A stretch of DNA of 233 bases. Origin: Escherichia coli (GTDB lineage: Bacteria; Pseudomonadota; Gammaproteobacteria; Enterobacterales; Enterobacteriaceae). The stretch lies in the NCBI RefSeq assembly GCF_003334305.1, contig NZ_QOWS01000088.1, one strand, 5' to 3'. Under the pieces are notes generated by a model, which saw only the letters and a program-made list of their open reading frames with translations, ran no database searches and was not told the DNA's origin. This document shows, one piece after another, positions 1 to 233 of the stretch. The translations under genes and the position numbers were made by a program. The first letter of the stretch is position 1; each line of letters begins with the position of its first letter.

Positions 1-12
1 CCGGATATCCGG
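1..12. repeat. Perfect 12-bp palindrome CCGGATATCCGG (central GATATC flanked by CCGG on each side)
   Basis: Read directly: positions 1-12 are identical to their own reverse complement. It abuts the window edge, so any extension of the symmetry upstream cannot be assessed. Within frame +1 it encodes P-D-I-R. Confidence 0.9.
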
Positions 13-233
13 TTAAGCCCGCATCTTTACCTGGCGACCAACAGCGCACAGGGGCCGTGGTGGATACTGGGGTGGTCAGAGCGGGTGCCGGGTGCTGAGG
101 ACGTACTGCCAGCGCCGCTGCCGCCGTACCGGGTGCTTACCGGGCTGGCAGACCGTTTCGGGCGGACGCTGACTTTCCACCGGGCAGCTAAGGGTGACGT
201 GGCGGGCGCGGTGACGGGGGTGACGGACGGCGC
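1..233 (+). CDS. Internal fragment of a protein-coding gene (frame +1, partial at both ends); hypothetical protein of unknown function
   Basis: Frame +1 (codons at 1-3, 4-6, ...) has no stop codon across all 77 complete codons, whereas frames +2 (TAA 14-16, TGA 170-172), +3 (TGA 96-98, TAA 189-191) and all three reverse frames contain stops. Hand-counted positional GC is about 73% (pos 1), 57% (pos 2), 77% (pos 3), the GC3>GC1>GC2 pattern expected of a real gene, with G enriched at codon position 1 (31 of 77). Amino-acid composition is varied (W, Y, F, H, K, D, E present), unlike the Ser/Pro/Thr/Ala-rich antisense translation. No ATG occurs anywhere on the + strand and no terminal stop is present, so both gene ends lie outside the window. 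At this GC content an open 77-codon frame arises by chance about one time in five, so confidence is moderate. Confidence 0.55.
82..95 (+). repeat. Perfect tandem direct repeat of the heptamer CGGGTGC (2 copies)
   Basis: Read directly: 82-88 CGGGTGC and 89-95 CGGGTGC. The overlapping 9-mer CCGGGTGCT (88-96) recurs at 129-137 in a different reading-frame phase, so the repetition is at DNA level rather than protein level. Confidence 0.85.
193..231 (+). repeat. Short-period coding repeat: GGTGACG motif three times (193-199, 210-216, 219-225) encoding G-x-x-x-G-x-x-x-G-x-x-x-G
   Basis: Read directly: GGTGACG occurs at 193-199, 210-216 and 219-225; 211-219 (GTGACGGGG) and 220-228 (GTGACGGAC) form an imperfect in-frame 9-bp tandem (7 of 9 identical). 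In frame +1, glycine falls at codons 65, 69, 73 and 77 (193-195, 205-207, 217-219, 229-231), giving GDVAGAVTGVTDG with Gly every fourth residue. The pattern runs to the end of the window. Confidence 0.5.

Noticed and set aside
14-172. Frame +2 open stretch between TAA 14-16 and TGA 170-172
   Set aside because: Its translation is Arg/Cys/Gly-rich (RGRGGYWGGQSGCRVLRTYCQRRCRR...), not protein-like, and the stretch is bounded by stops within the window. It is an off-frame artefact of the GC-rich sequence.
189-201. Possible gene junction: frame +3 TAA stop at 189-191 followed by an AAGGG Shine-Dalgarno-like sequence and an in-frame GTG at 199-201
   Set aside because: The frame +3 ORF ending there is only about 30 codons (it begins after the TGA at 96-98) and is Ala/Arg-rich. 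Frame +1 is open continuously upstream of the GTG, so a single uninterrupted gene is more parsimonious. The SD-like match is weak and overlaps a Lys-Gly coding sequence.
82-231. Short direct repeats (CGGGTGC, CCGGGTGCT, TACCGGG, GGTGACG) considered as a CRISPR array or other non-coding repeat array
   Set aside because: Units are only 7-9 bp with irregular spacing, far below CRISPR repeat length (roughly 23-50 bp) and without regular spacers. They sit inside an open reading frame and are better explained by codon repetition in a GC-rich gene.
30-233. Long open frame on the - strand (reverse frame sharing wobble positions with +1), open from position 233 down to 30 with a TAA stop at complement of 27-29
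   Set aside because: Its translation is low-complexity and Ser/Pro/Thr/Ala-rich (APSVTPVTAPATSPLAARWKVSVRPKRSASPVSTRYGGSGAGS...), typical of an antisense artefact in GC-rich genes. Its positional GC pattern would be GC2 (73%) > GC1 (57%), the reverse of what real genes show. The C-ending codon bias it would have is a residual argument in its favour, so it is not excluded with certainty.
1-233. Promoter, ribosome-binding site, terminator, tRNA/rRNA or mobile-element end
   Set aside because: There is no AT-rich -10/-35-like region, no strong Shine-Dalgarno plus ATG arrangement (no ATG exists on the + strand), and no GC-rich hairpin followed by a T-tract. Nothing resembles a tRNA or rRNA. The only dyad symmetry, at 1-12, is too short and isolated to call a terminal inverted repeat without flanking sequence.

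Overview
This 233-bp window is GC-rich (about 69% G+C by hand count) and appears to lie entirely inside one protein-coding gene on the + strand; I cannot identify any defence or other biological system from it. Frame +1 is the only one of six frames with no stop codon across the window, and neither a start nor a stop is visible, so the gene is truncated at both ends. Its conceptual translation is PDIRLSPHLYLATNSAQGPWWILGWSERVPGAEDVLPAPLPPYRVLTGLADRFGRTLTFHRAAKGDVAGAVTGVTDG. I do not recognise this protein and cannot search databases, so the product stays hypothetical. Codon choice is strongly G-ending (CTG, CCG, GCG, CGG, GGG), which suggests a GC-rich proteobacterial host or a GC-rich horizontally acquired island, but that is inference. 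No RNA gene, CRISPR array, mobile-element end, promoter or terminator can be supported. The minor points worth a second look are a perfect 12-bp palindrome at the 5' edge, a perfect tandem heptamer, a Trp-rich hydrophobic motif, a proline-rich stretch, and a Gly-every-fourth-residue repeat that begins at the 3' edge and may continue beyond the window.
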